From an uncultured Actinomycetes bacterium (GTDB lineage Bacteria > Actinomycetota > Acidimicrobiia > IMCC26256 > PALSA-555): a stretch of DNA of 64,000 nucleotides. Below are positions 10,849 through 20,974 of the stretch, piece after piece. Below the pieces are notes generated by a model, which did no database searches, was not told the DNA's origin, and saw only the letters and a list, made by a program, of their open reading frames with translations. Position 1 is the stretch's first letter. Every line of letters starts with the position of its first letter. The stretch lies in NCBI GenBank assembly GCA_963849135.1, contig CAWKGF010000001.1, positions 66,801 through 130,800 on the forward strand, in the 5' to 3' direction. Made by a program: the position numbers and the translations under genes.

Positions 10849-13800
10849 GCCAAGCCAGGCCCAAGCAGGTCCGGCGCGACTGGTCGGTCCCGCTCCTCGC
10901 CGCCATCGCCTACATCCCGTTCTTCTTGTCCGACCCGGGCAAGATCAGCGCCGACACCAAGGCCTACCTGTACCTCAACCCGAGCCGGCTGCTCGCCAGC
11001 GCCGCGTATCTCGGGACCCCAAGTACGGGGCGGGCACCGTCCCCCAGCAGAACATCGGGTACCTGTTCCCGATGGGGCCCTACTACACGCTCACCAACCT
11101 GCTCGGCATCCCGGCTTGGATCGCGCAGCGGTTCTGGCTCGGCAGCATCAGCTTCGCCGCCGCGGCCGGCGTCCTGTACCTCCTGTCGACCCTCAACTGG
11201 AAGCACCGGGGCGCGGCGTTCGTCGCTGCCCTCGTCTACATGCTCACCCCGTACCAGCTGGCCTACACGGCCCGCATCTCGGCGGTGCTGCTGCCCTGGG
11301 CCGGGCTGCCGTGGCTGGTCGCGCTCGCCATCCGATCGGTGCGACGTGGCGGCTGGCGCGACCCGGCCATCTTCGCCCTGGTCTGCCTCCTGATCGGCGG
11401 AACGAACGCGACGTCGCTGCTGCTCGCCGGCATCGCGCCGGTGCTCTGGATCGTCTTCGCGGTCATCTTCGGCGACGTGTCGCTCCAACGCGCCGTCAAC
11501 GCGGTCCTGCGCATCGGCGTGCTCACGCTCACCACCTCGCTGTGGTGGATCTTTGCCCTGTACGACCAAGGCAAGTACGGGATCAACTACCTGGCTGTCT
11601 CCGAGACCGTGCAGACCGTCACGTCCGCGTCGTCGCCCACCGAGGTGCTCCGCGGCCTCGGCAACTGGTTCTTCTACGGCGGCGACGCGGTCGGCACCTG
11701 GATCAACGCGTCGGTCGACTACACCCAGCACCGATGGCTCATCCTGGTCAGCTTCGCGATCCCACTCCTCGCCCTCGCCGCCGCGATGGTCATCAAGTGG
11801 AAGCACCGCGCCTTCTTCGCGGCGCTGGTCGTCCTCGGCACCGTCATCGCGGTCGGCGCCTACCCCTACAGCAACCCCTCCGCGATCGGCGCCCTCTTCA
11901 AGGGCTTCGCCACCGGCTCCACGTTCGGGCTCGCCTTGCGCAGCACCCCCCGGGCCGTCCCCCTCGTCGCGCTCGGCATCGCCGGCCTCATCGCGGCCGG
12001 GCTCGCCGCGCTCGCGCCGCTGCGCCGCTGGACCCGCATCGCCGCGGTCGTCGTCACCGGCGGGCTGGTGCTCGTCAACTTCGCCCCCGTCTGGGCGGAC
12101 GGCTACGTCCAGGACCGGGTCGCGTTCCCCGAGAGCATCCCCTCCTACTGGACCCAGGCCGGGAAGGCCATCCAGGCGGTCGGGGACAGCACCCGGGCCA
12201 TGGAGCTGCCCGGCTCGGACTTCGCCGCCTACCGGTGGGGCGACACCGTCGACCCGATCATGCCCGCCATCTCCAGCCGGCCCTGGGTCGCCCGGGAGCT
12301 CATCCCCTTCGGCTCGCCGCAGTCCGCGAACCTCCTCATCGCGCTCGACCACCGCCTCCAGGAAGGCACCTTCGAGCCCGCGTCGCTGGTGCCCATCGCC
12401 CGCATGATGAACAGCGGCTCGGTCGTGCTCCGCACCGACCTCGAGTACGAGCGGTACAACACCCCCGAGCCCCGGGTGCTGTGGCAGGAGTTCGACAACC
12501 CGCGACCAGCCGGGCTCGGGTCGCCCCAGACGTTCGGGCCCACCACCCCCAACGTCGCCACCGCGGTGCCCGACTTCAACGAGCACGACCTCATCACCGC
12601 CGGCACGCCGTGGCCGCCGAAGGTCGCCGTCTTCCCGGTCAGCGGCGTCGCCAACATCGTCAGCACCGCCCCCACCACCCGCCCGGTCGTCGTCGACGGC
12701 GACGGCGAGGGGCTCGTCGACCTCGCCGCGGCCGGGATCCTCAACGGGGAGAGCACCGTCCTCTACTCCGCGGCGCAAAGCGGCGCCAGCCTCCAGCGGG
12801 CGCTGCACAACGGCGCCGACCTCGTCGTCACCGACTCGAACCGCAAGCGGGCCGAACGGTGGGGGACCGTCCGCGACACCACCGGCTACACCGAGACCGC
12901 CAACGAGCAGCCCCTCGTCGTCGACACCAACGACTACCGGCTCAACCCGTTCCCCGGCGCCGGCACCGACACCCAGACCGTCACCGAGCTCGGCGGCGTG
13001 CAGAGCGTCGAAGCGACCGGCTACGGGCAGAACGCCTACTACACCCCCGACGAGCGGCCCACCAACGCGCTCGACGGGGACCCCAACACCGCCTGGCGGG
13101 TCGCGGGGGAGAACAACCCGGTCGGCCAGGAGCTCCAGATCAAGCTGAACCACCCGATCACGACCGCCCACATCAACCTCGTGCAGCCCCTCACCGGGGA
13201 CACCTACCGCAACCTCACCCAGGTGAAGCTCCTCTTCGACGGCGGCCACCCGGTGACCGTCAACCTCGGCCCCAGCTCCCTCGTCGAGTCCGGCCAGACC
13301 GTCCCGTTCTCCCGCCGGACCTTCAAGACGCTCACCATCGTCCTCGAGGCGACCAACATCGGCACCCGGGCCGGCTACAGCGGCATCAACGGGGTCGGGT
13401 TCGCCGAGGTCCGCATCCCCGGCGTCCACCTGAGCCAGACCGTTCGGCTCCCCACCGACCTGCTGCAACGGACCGGCACCGCCTCCCTCGACCACGCCCT
13501 CGTCCTCGAGATGACCCGCCTCCGCTACGACCCCACCGCCCGCTACCGCCAAGACGAGGAGCTCGACCTGGCCCGCACCTTCACGCTCCCCACCGCCCGC
13601 GGCTTCACCCTCACCGGCCAGGCCCGCGTCGACCCCAACGCCCCCGACAGCGTCCTCGACTCGGTGCTCGGCACCACCGCGCCCGGCGTCACCTACAGCG
13701 CCTCCGCGCATCTCGCCGGCGACACCGCGGCGCGGGCGTCGAGCGCCTTCGACGACAACCCCGCCACCGCGTGGACCACCCCGTTCGGGGCGACGGTCGG

Positions 13801-15207
13801 CCAGTGGATCCAGGCCTCCCTCCCGGCCCCGATCACGATGGACCACGTGAACCTCGCCGTCGTCGCCGACGGGAAGCACTCCGTCCCCACCCAGCTCCAG
13901 CTCAGCACCGACACCGGCCAGACCCGCACCCTCAACCTTCCGCCGATCGCCGACCGGCCGGCCGAGGGCGCCACGGTCAGCGTGCCGGTCTCGTTCCCGG
14001 CCGTCACCGGCCGCTCGTTCCGGCTCACCATCACCGCCGTCCGCCCCGAGACGACCGTCGACTACACGACCCGAGTCCCGATCGACAAGCCGGTCGCGAT
14101 CGCCGAGGCCGGCCTGCCCGGCGTGCCCGCCCCCGCGCAGCCCACCACCGTCGACACCGGCTGTCGCAGCGACCTGCTCACCATCGACGGGCACCCGGTC
14201 CCGGTCCGGATCACCGGGTCGAGCCGTGACGCGGTGAACGACGACCCCCTCTCGCTCGCCGCCTGCGACACCACCCCCAGCTCTCGGCCGGGAAGCACAC
14301 GCTGAACACGATCCCCGGCCAGCCGGTCGGCCTCGACGTCGACCGGGTCGTGCTCGCCTCCGCGCCCGGCGGCGCGCCGACCGCCCCCGCCCCGCTCGGC
14401 GCGCCCCGCACCGACACCAGCTCGACGGTGACCATCACCCACCAGACGCCGACCAGCTTCAACCTGTCCGTGCACTCCCCCGACGGGAAGCCGATGTGGC
14501 TCATCCTCGGTCAGAGCTACGACGCGGGCTGGCACGCCACCGTCAGCGGCGACGCCCGGCTGCTCGGCAAGCAGATCGTCAACGGCTACGCCAACGGCTG
14601 GGAGATCGACCCGAACCACCCCGGCACGTTCACCGTGCAGCTCCGCTGGGTCGGCCAGACCATCGTCTGGATCGGGCTCGTCCTCTCCGGGCTCGCCATC
14701 CTCGTCTGCCTCGCGCTCATCTGGATCGAGCGCCGCCGCCGCCGTCCCGACCTCGAACGCCGCGACCCCGAGCCGCGCCTCGCCTCCCCGCTCGTGTCCG
14801 GCGGCGCGCGACCACCGCCCCGCACCGTGGCGGTCACCGCCGTCCTCGCCGGCCTCGCCGCCGGGCTCATGACCCGACCCTGGATCGGGCTGTTCGTCGC
14901 GGCCGGCGTCGCCGCCGCGCTCTGGTGGCCGAAGGCCCGGCTCGTGCTCAGCGCGGGCAGCGTCGCCGCGCTCGGGATCGACGCCCTGTACGTGATCATC
15001 CAGCAGGGCCGCTACCGGTACCCGCCCATCTACAACTGGCCGTCGAACTTCGGCAGCCTCGCCGACCTGGCCTGGCTCGCGGTGATGCTCCTCGGCGCCG
15101 ACGTCCTCGTCCAGTCCGTCCGCCACCGCGCCGCTCGCCGCGACCCGAAACGTGACGAACCGCCCCCCGACGGCACCGAGGAGCCCGCCCCGACGGCCCG
15201 CGACTGA
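10845..15207 (+). CDS. AftD-like alpha-(1->3)-arabinofuranosyltransferase-family giant membrane protein with two F5/8-type-C (discoidin)-like modules; two frameshifts
   Basis: The N-terminus (YIPFFLSDPGKISADTKAYLYLNPSRLL..YL[W]DPKYGAGTVPQQNIGYLFPMGPYY) resembles the AftD/DUF3367 family. A single base (the T of a TGG codon) appears lost at about 11012. A second shift near 14275 joins ..ACDTTP to QLSAGKHTLNT...GWHATVSG. ALDGDPNTAWRV and AFDDNPATAWTT are discoidin-like motifs. Confidence 0.8.
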
Positions 15208-15288
15208 CCGGCGGGGCGCCCCGCGGCGCCGCCGTCCCCGATCCCTACACTGGCCCGCTCCGACCGGAAGCACGAGAGGCACGCGACC

Positions 15289-15888
15289 GTGGCTTGGCTA
15301 GGCGTCGTCGCGATCGTCGGGCTCGCCATCTGCGGGATCGGCGAGCTGCGCGACTTCCTCAGGAGACGCAAGGAACGCAAGCTGGCCCCCGGCGCCGTGC
15401 TCCCCCCGAGCCGATGGACCGGGCGGCGGCTCGCGCTCTGCAGCGTCGCCGGGATCCTCGTCCTCGCCCTCCTCGGGTTCCTCGCCAACCTGGCCTTCCC
15501 CGCCCCCAAGCCGGTCACCATCAACACCAAAGAGGCGACGACGACCACCACCCTCCCCGCCACCACCACCACGACCACGCCGCCCGCCACCCTCCCCGCC
15601 CCCGGCCGGCCCCCCTCCGAGGTTCACGTCGGCGTCGTGAACGCCAGCGGCGTCGCCAAGGCCGCCGCGACCAAGGCTGCCGGCCTCGGCTCGATCGGCT
15701 ACGCCATCGTCGGCACCGCCAACGCTCCCAAGCAGGCCGCCACCGTCGTCGAGTGCAAGCCCGGATTCACCCTCGAGGCCACGAACCTGGCCGCCGCCGT
15801 CGGCCCCGGCACGACCGTCGTGCCCTTCCCCGCCACCGCCCCGAGCGGGCTCGCCGCCGCCGACTGCCTCGTCGTCCTCGGCGGGTAG
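15289..15888 (+). CDS. Membrane-anchored LytR_C domain protein
   Basis: N-terminal TM segments, a Thr-rich linker (TKEATTTTTLPATTTTTTPP), then VHVGVVNASGVAKAAATKAAGLGSIGY..ADCLVVLG, typical of the LytR C-terminal domain. Confidence 0.7.
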   Translation: MAWLGVVAIVGLAICGIGELRDFLRRRKERKLAPGAVLPPSRWTGRRLALCSVAGILVLALLGFLANLAFPAPKPVTINTKEATTTTTLPATTTTTTPPATLPAPGRPPSEVHVGVVNASGVAKAAATKAAGLGSIGYAIVGTANAPKQAATVVECKPGFTLEATNLAAAVGPGTTVVPFPATAPSGLAAADCLVVLGG

Positions 15889-15945
15889 GGCTCCCTGCGC
15901 CGGCCCGAGCCGTGCCGGTCGCCCAGTCCGTCTAGGCTGCCCGCC

Positions 15946-17578
15946 GTGGGCAGAGGGGCTGCTTCTCGGTTGGCGAAAACCGTCTTCACCGCCGCGCTCG
16001 GGGCGGGGCTCGTGTTCGCGCTGCCCGCCACCGCCCTCGCCAAGCCCCACCCGCACAGCACCACCACCACGACCACCACCCCCGGCGGCTCCGCGGCCAG
16101 CAAGGCGTTCGCGACCCTCGTCCTGCTGCCGGCGTCGGTCGGGCACGTCTCGGTCGAGAAGTCGGGGACGACCACCTTCGCCCCGGCCACCAACAACGAG
16201 GCGCTGCACGTCGGCGACACCGTGCAGACCGACAGCGTCGGGTTGGCTGAGATCGACTACGCCACCGACTCCTACACCCGACTCGACGTCAACACCACGT
16301 TCACGATCACCAAGCTGACCGACAGCGAAGGCAACCGGCAGGTCAACGGCAGCCTCCAGACCGGTCAGACCTGGAACCGCACCGTCGCGCTCACCCAGAG
16401 CGAATCGTTCCAGCAGACCGGTGGCGGCACCACCGCCGCCGTGGCTGGCACCGCGTTCGTCGTCGACTGCACCAGCCCCACCACCTGCACGTTCACCGGC
16501 GTGATCGACGACGTGACCCTGACCGGCAGCGGCGGGCAGACCCAGGCTCTCAACCCGCTCACCCAGTGCGTCTCTACCAGCGGGAGCCTCTGCGCCGCCC
16601 CGTCCGCGCTCACCCCCGACCAGCTGGCCCTGATCCAGTGGATCCAGCTCAACGTGTTCCTCGACCTCACCGAGCACGGCCTCGGCAACGGCATCTTCGA
16701 CCCGTTCGCCGGGACCACGACCGTCACCAACGGGGTCGTCCAGACGTTCACTCCGTCCGGTCCTGGCTTCACGCCAGTGGTTCCGCCGCCGCCGACGGCG
16801 CCGACGATCGGGTCGTCACCCATCAGTGCCGGGGGCGGCTATGCCGGCAGCGGCCAAGATCCGACCGGGTTCTGCACGCTCGGGAGCCAGACGAATTACC
16901 AGCCGACCTCACAGATCAATGTGGGTGATGACTGCTCAGTCGACTTCAAGCTCAACGTCACCGGCGATGGCTCGCGGCCGTTCTATGTCCAGTTCACAGG
17001 GTTGCCGGGCTTTGGTGAGCCTCCTCGACCAGACGCTCGATGATGCTGCCGTCGTTGCAATGCAGAGCTATTCGGCAACCGACGTGTTCACGTTCGCCTC
17101 GAGCGATATTGGGACCGGCCCCGGCGAGGACACGGGACCCACGTCGTTCATGTTCCAGGCGGTGGACGCGGAGGACTCCGATCTCGTGAGTGCCGCGACG
17201 GTCGCAGTCGACGTACTGCCGGACTGTGATGACTCGAACCCGCCGACCCAAGTCCCGGATCCCAGCTTCAATTGCGTCAGCCCGACGGCAAGCTCCGCTC
17301 CCGCGCCCAATGCTGGGCCGGTCACCAGTCCAACGACGGCCGACGGTCAGGGGTCAACTGCCACTGTCCCGGCCACGACCCCGACCACTACGGGGACCAC
17401 GACGCCGACCACCACCGCGACGACCACCACCGCGACGACCACCACCGCGACGACCACCACCGCGACGACCACCACCGCGACGACCACCACCGCGACGACC
17501 ACCACCGCGACGACCACGCCGGCCACCGCCCCGAGCGGCCCGACCGCACCCCTGACCGGTCACCGGCGCCACCCGTAG
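15946..17578 (+). CDS. Secreted FecR-domain protein with a Thr-rich repeat tail; one frameshift near 17016
   Basis: Signal peptide, a poly-Thr stretch, and a FecR-like core (GHVSVEK..ALHVGDTVQTDSVGLAEIDY...GTAFVVDC). ..FTGLPGFG (frame 1) continues as SLLDQTLDDAAV.. (frame 2). The C-terminus carries 7x TTTAT. Confidence 0.7.
17408..17512 (+). repeat. Perfect 15-bp tandem repeat (ACCACCACCGCGACG) x7, in-frame, encoding (TTTAT)7
   Basis: Read directly from the sequence. There are seven identical units from 17408 to 17512, and the eighth unit diverges (accacgcc). Confidence 0.95.
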
Positions 17579-17641
17579 CCAGTGTGGCTGTACGCCGCGA
17601 GCGGGGTGAAGATTCGCAGTCAGGCCGGGTAGGTTGCCGGC

Positions 17642-18308
17642 GTGGCCGACGAACCCAAGTCCTTCAACCTGTCGCCGGAGGCTCCACGAGTACCTGACCG
17701 AGCGGGGCACCCCACCCGACGAGGTGCAGCGCTGGCTCATCGCGGAGACCAAGACCCGCGCCGGGGACTTCGCGGGGATGCAGATCGCCCCCGAGCAGGG
17801 CGCGTTCATGACCATCCTCACCCGGCTCCTCACCGTCCGCAGCGCGGTGGAGGTGGGCACGTTCACCGGCTACTCGGCACTCAGCATCGCCCGCGGGCTC
17901 GCCCCGGGCGGGCGGCTGCTCTGCTGCGACATCAGCGAGGAGTGGACGGCCCTCGCCCGTGAGGCCTGGGCCAAGGCCGGGGTCGCCGACCGCATCGAGC
18001 TGCGGATCGGGCCGGCCCTCGACACGCTGCGGGCCCTCCCCACCGAGCCGACCATCGACCTGGCCTTCATCGACGCCGACAAGGGCAACTACGCCAACTA
18101 CTACGAGGAGCTGCTCGCCCGCCTCCGGCCCAACGGGGCGATCCTCGTCGACAACACCCTCTGGCGCGGCACCGTGATCGACGCCACCAGCCAGGACCAG
18201 AACCTGCTCGCCATCCGGGCCTTCAACGACCTCGTCGCCGCCGACGACCGCGTCGACACGGTCCTGCTCCCGATCAGCGACGGGTTGACGCTCCTGCGCA
18301 AGCGCTGA
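17642..18308 (+). CDS. Class I SAM-dependent O-methyltransferase (caffeoyl-CoA OMT / Methyltransf_3 family); one frameshift near 17681
   Basis: VADEPKSFNLSPE (frame 2) is followed by LHEYLTERGTPPD.. (frame 0) after an extra G. VEVGTFTGYSALSIA...FIDADKGNYANYYE are the family motifs. Confidence 0.85.
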
Positions 18309-18522
18309 GCGCCGCACGCCGCGTCTACGCGGGGCTGACACGTCCGTCAGTCAGGCGCCGTTACGCACCAGCTCCGGCACCCGACCGGTGCTCGCGCGGC
18401 TCCCGATGCCATACTGACCGGCGTTTGCCGCGGGAGCGTCGACCAGCGTCGAGCGCGGCTCGAACCCGATGCGATGGGCGCATCGATTGAACACCGAGAC
18501 GTCGCCATCTTCTGGGGGGACC

Positions 18523-19338
18523 GTGGCGCAGGACGGGGCCGAAGCCCTGATCGTGGAGGACGTGTCGGTCGCCTTCGGTGGCCTGCTGGCCCTCGACGCG
18601 GTGTCGCTGCACGTGCGACGGGGCGAGATCGTCGGGGTGATCGGACCCAACGGAGCCGGCAAGACCACCCTCTTCAACGTCGTGTCCGGGTTCGTGGCCC
18701 CCGACGGCGGCCGCATCGTCATCAACGGCCGGCCGTTCCGACGCCTGCGACCGCATCAGCTCGCCCGGCTCGGGGTGGCGCGCACCCTCCAGGGCATTGG
18801 GCTGTGGTCCCAGCTGACCGTGCTCGAGAACGTCATGGCCGGCGCGCAGGTGGCGAGCCGAGCTGGGCTGGTCTCGGCGCTGCTCGGATTGCTGCGCTCG
18901 TCGCGCGACGAGGTTGCGGTGGCCGCGAAGGCGATGAGCGCCCTCGAGGAGCTCGGCGTCGACGACGTCGCGAACCGGCTGCCCCCCACCCTCCCGTACG
19001 CCACCCAGAAGCGCGTCGCGCTGGCCCGGGCCCTCGTCGCCGCGCCGAGCCTGCTGTTGCTCGACGAGCCGGCCAGCGGACTCTCCGACACCGAGCTCGC
19101 CGGCCTCGAGACGCTGCTGCGAGACCTGAAGGACCGCATGGCCATCGTGTTGGTCGAGCACCATATGGACTTCGTGATGGACGTCTGCGACCGGGTGGTG
19201 GTCCTCGACGCGGGCGGTGTCATCGCCACCGGCAGCCCCGACGAGGTGAAGGCGAACCCGGCCGTCACCTCCGCCTACCTCGGCGGTGAGGTCGACGAGC
19301 ATGCGCCGCACGGATCGTTCGGCGGGACGAGCAGCTGA
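18523..19338 (+). CDS. livG: Branched-chain amino acid-type ABC transporter ATP-binding protein (LivG-like)
   Basis: Walker A GPNGAGKTT, signature LPYATQKRVALARAL, Walker B LLLLDEP and a C-terminal LivG-type extension. GTG start at 18523. Confidence 0.85.
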   Translation: MAQDGAEALIVEDVSVAFGGLLALDAVSLHVRRGEIVGVIGPNGAGKTTLFNVVSGFVAPDGGRIVINGRPFRRLRPHQLARLGVARTLQGIGLWSQLTVLENVMAGAQVASRAGLVSALLGLLRSSRDEVAVAAKAMSALEELGVDDVANRLPPTLPYATQKRVALARALVAAPSLLLLDEPASGLSDTELAGLETLLRDLKDRMAIVLVEHHMDFVMDVCDRVVVLDAGGVIATGSPDEVKANPAVTSAYLGGEVDEHAPHGSFGGTSS

Positions 19339-20045
19339 TGCTGGCCGTCGACGGGCTCACCACCAGCTACGGGGCGATCGAGGCGCTACACGACGTGTCG
19401 TTCACCGCCCCTGACGGGTCGATCACCGCGGTGCTCGGCGCCAACGGGGCCGGGAAGACCACCCTGCTGCGCTCCATGACCGGCCTCGTCAAGCCCCAGT
19501 CGGGCACCGTCCGCTACGACGGCACCGACCTGCTGGGCCTGCCGGTCGAGGACGTGGTCCGGCGCGGCGTCGCGCACGTCCCCGAGGGCCGCAGCGTCGT
19601 CCAGGAGCTGACCGTCGACGAGAACCTCCGCCTCGGTGGCCTGTGGCGCTCCGACCGGGCCGACCGGGCGCGCGCCCTCGACGAGGTCTACGCGCTGTTC
19701 CCGCCCCTCACCACCCGTCGCCGACGGGCCGCGTTCACGCTCTCGGGCGGCGAATCGCAGATGCTGGCCATCGGGCGAGCGCTGATGAGCCGACCCCGGG
19801 TCCTGCTCCTCGACGAGCCGTCGCTCGGCCTCGCCCCCCTCGTCGTCGCCCAGATCATGCGCCTCCTCCGCGACCTCACCCAACGGGAGCAGCTCACCGT
19901 CGTCCTCGTCGAGCAGAACGCCCGCACCGCGCTCTCGATCGCCGACCGTGCCCTCGTCCTCTACCTGGGCCGGGTCGTGCTCGCCGACGACGCCGACCGA
20001 GTCGCCCACGACCCCGACCTCGTGCGCCACTACCTCGGCTTCTGA
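19338..20045 (+). CDS. livF: Branched-chain amino acid-type ABC transporter ATP-binding protein (LivF-like)
   Basis: GANGAGKTTLL, LSGGESQMLAIGRAL and LLLDEPSLGLAP. Overlaps the preceding stop. Confidence 0.85.
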   Translation: MLAVDGLTTSYGAIEALHDVSFTAPDGSITAVLGANGAGKTTLLRSMTGLVKPQSGTVRYDGTDLLGLPVEDVVRRGVAHVPEGRSVVQELTVDENLRLGGLWRSDRADRARALDEVYALFPPLTTRRRRAAFTLSGGESQMLAIGRALMSRPRVLLLDEPSLGLAPLVVAQIMRLLRDLTQREQLTVVLVEQNARTALSIADRALVLYLGRVVLADDADRVAHDPDLVRHYLGF

Positions 20046-20094
20046 TGACCGACGCCGCCTCGCCCCCGCCCGCCCACACCCAGGAGGAGCCCCG

Positions 20095-20973
20095 GTGCTG
20101 AACGAGACCCTCACCGGCATCACGAGCGGCGCGATCTACGCGTCGATCGCGCTGGCGCTCGTCCTCATCTGGCGGGGGACCCGGGTCGTGAACTTCGCGG
20201 CCGGCGCGATGGGCATGGTGAGCGCCTTCATCGCCCTGACCGTGATCGAGAGCGGCGCCAGCTACTGGCTCGCCTTCGCGGCCGCGCTCGGCTTCGGGCT
20301 CGTCGCCGGCGCGGTCGTCGAGCGGGTCCTCGTCCGCCCGGTCGAGTCGAAATCGCCGCTGACCGGGGTCATCCTCACCTTCGGGCTCCTCATCCTCATC
20401 GAGGCGGTGGTCGGCATGATCTGGGGTGCCGGCGCCCGGTCCCTCCCCGCCGCGACCTTCTCCATTCACGGGCTCACGATCGGCGGGCAGACCGTCGCCC
20501 TCTCGCCGTTCGACCTGTTCGTCATCGGCGCGGTGCTCGTCACGATGGTGGTGCTCATCGTCCTGTTCCGCTTCACCAACGTCGGCCTCCGCATGCGCGC
20601 CTCGGCGTTCGCGCCCGAGGTCAGCCGGCTCCTCGGCGTCCGGGTCGGACGGATGCTCAGCCTCGGGTGGGCGTTGGCATCCCTCGTCGGCGCGCTCGCC
20701 GCCGTGCTCGTCGCCCCCAAGATCTTCCTTTCGCCGAACATGATGGACGCGCCGCTCGTGTACGGGTTCGCGGCGGCCGTGATCGGCGGGCTCGACAGCC
20801 CGGTCGGCGCGGTCGCCGGCGGCCTCGCCATCGGGCTCGTGACCAGCTACGTCGGAGGCTGGTCGGTGCTCGGACCCAGCCTCGAGGTCCTCGGCGTCTT
20901 CGTGCTCCTCATCGTCGTCCTCATGGTCCGCCCCGAAGGCCTCTTCAGCGGCATCAAGCCGCGGCGGGTCTGA
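20095..20973 (+). CDS. livH: Branched-chain amino acid-type ABC permease (LivH-like)
   Basis: GTG at 20095 is preceded by AGGAGG (20082-20087). ITSGAIYASIALALVLIWRGTRVVNFAAGAMGM is the typical LivH N-terminus. Confidence 0.85.
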   Translation: MLNETLTGITSGAIYASIALALVLIWRGTRVVNFAAGAMGMVSAFIALTVIESGASYWLAFAAALGFGLVAGAVVERVLVRPVESKSPLTGVILTFGLLILIEAVVGMIWGAGARSLPAATFSIHGLTIGGQTVALSPFDLFVIGAVLVTMVVLIVLFRFTNVGLRMRASAFAPEVSRLLGVRVGRMLSLGWALASLVGALAAVLVAPKIFLSPNMMDAPLVYGFAAAVIGGLDSPVGAVAGGLAIGLVTSYVGGWSVLGPSLEVLGVFVLLIVVLMVRPEGLFSGIKPRRV

Positions 20974-20974
20974 C

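Noticed and set aside
10964-14194. 1076-aa minus-strand ORF antisense to the AftD-like gene, and similar long antisense or alternative-frame ORFs such as 11116..14229, 7292..8689, 15298..16677, 19894..21108 and 20954..22474.
   Set aside because: Their composition is the Arg/Gly/Pro/Asp-rich low-complexity type expected of stop-free non-coding frames in roughly 70% GC DNA. The opposite-strand frames carry clear family motifs and GC3 bias.
17190-17555. Alternative-frame ORFs across the 15-bp repeat, encoding (PPPRR)n and (DDHHR)n peptides.
   Set aside because: These are the same tandem repeat read in the other frames. Only the TTTAT frame is contiguous with the upstream secreted protein and shows a typical Thr-linker composition.
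18309-18522. The 210-bp leader upstream of the first liv-type operon, examined for a riboswitch, T-box or attenuator.
   Set aside because: Only a short 5-bp hairpin (ctgac..gtcag) was seen. I could identify no conserved riboswitch core or leader peptide by eye, and a covariance-model scan would be needed to say more.
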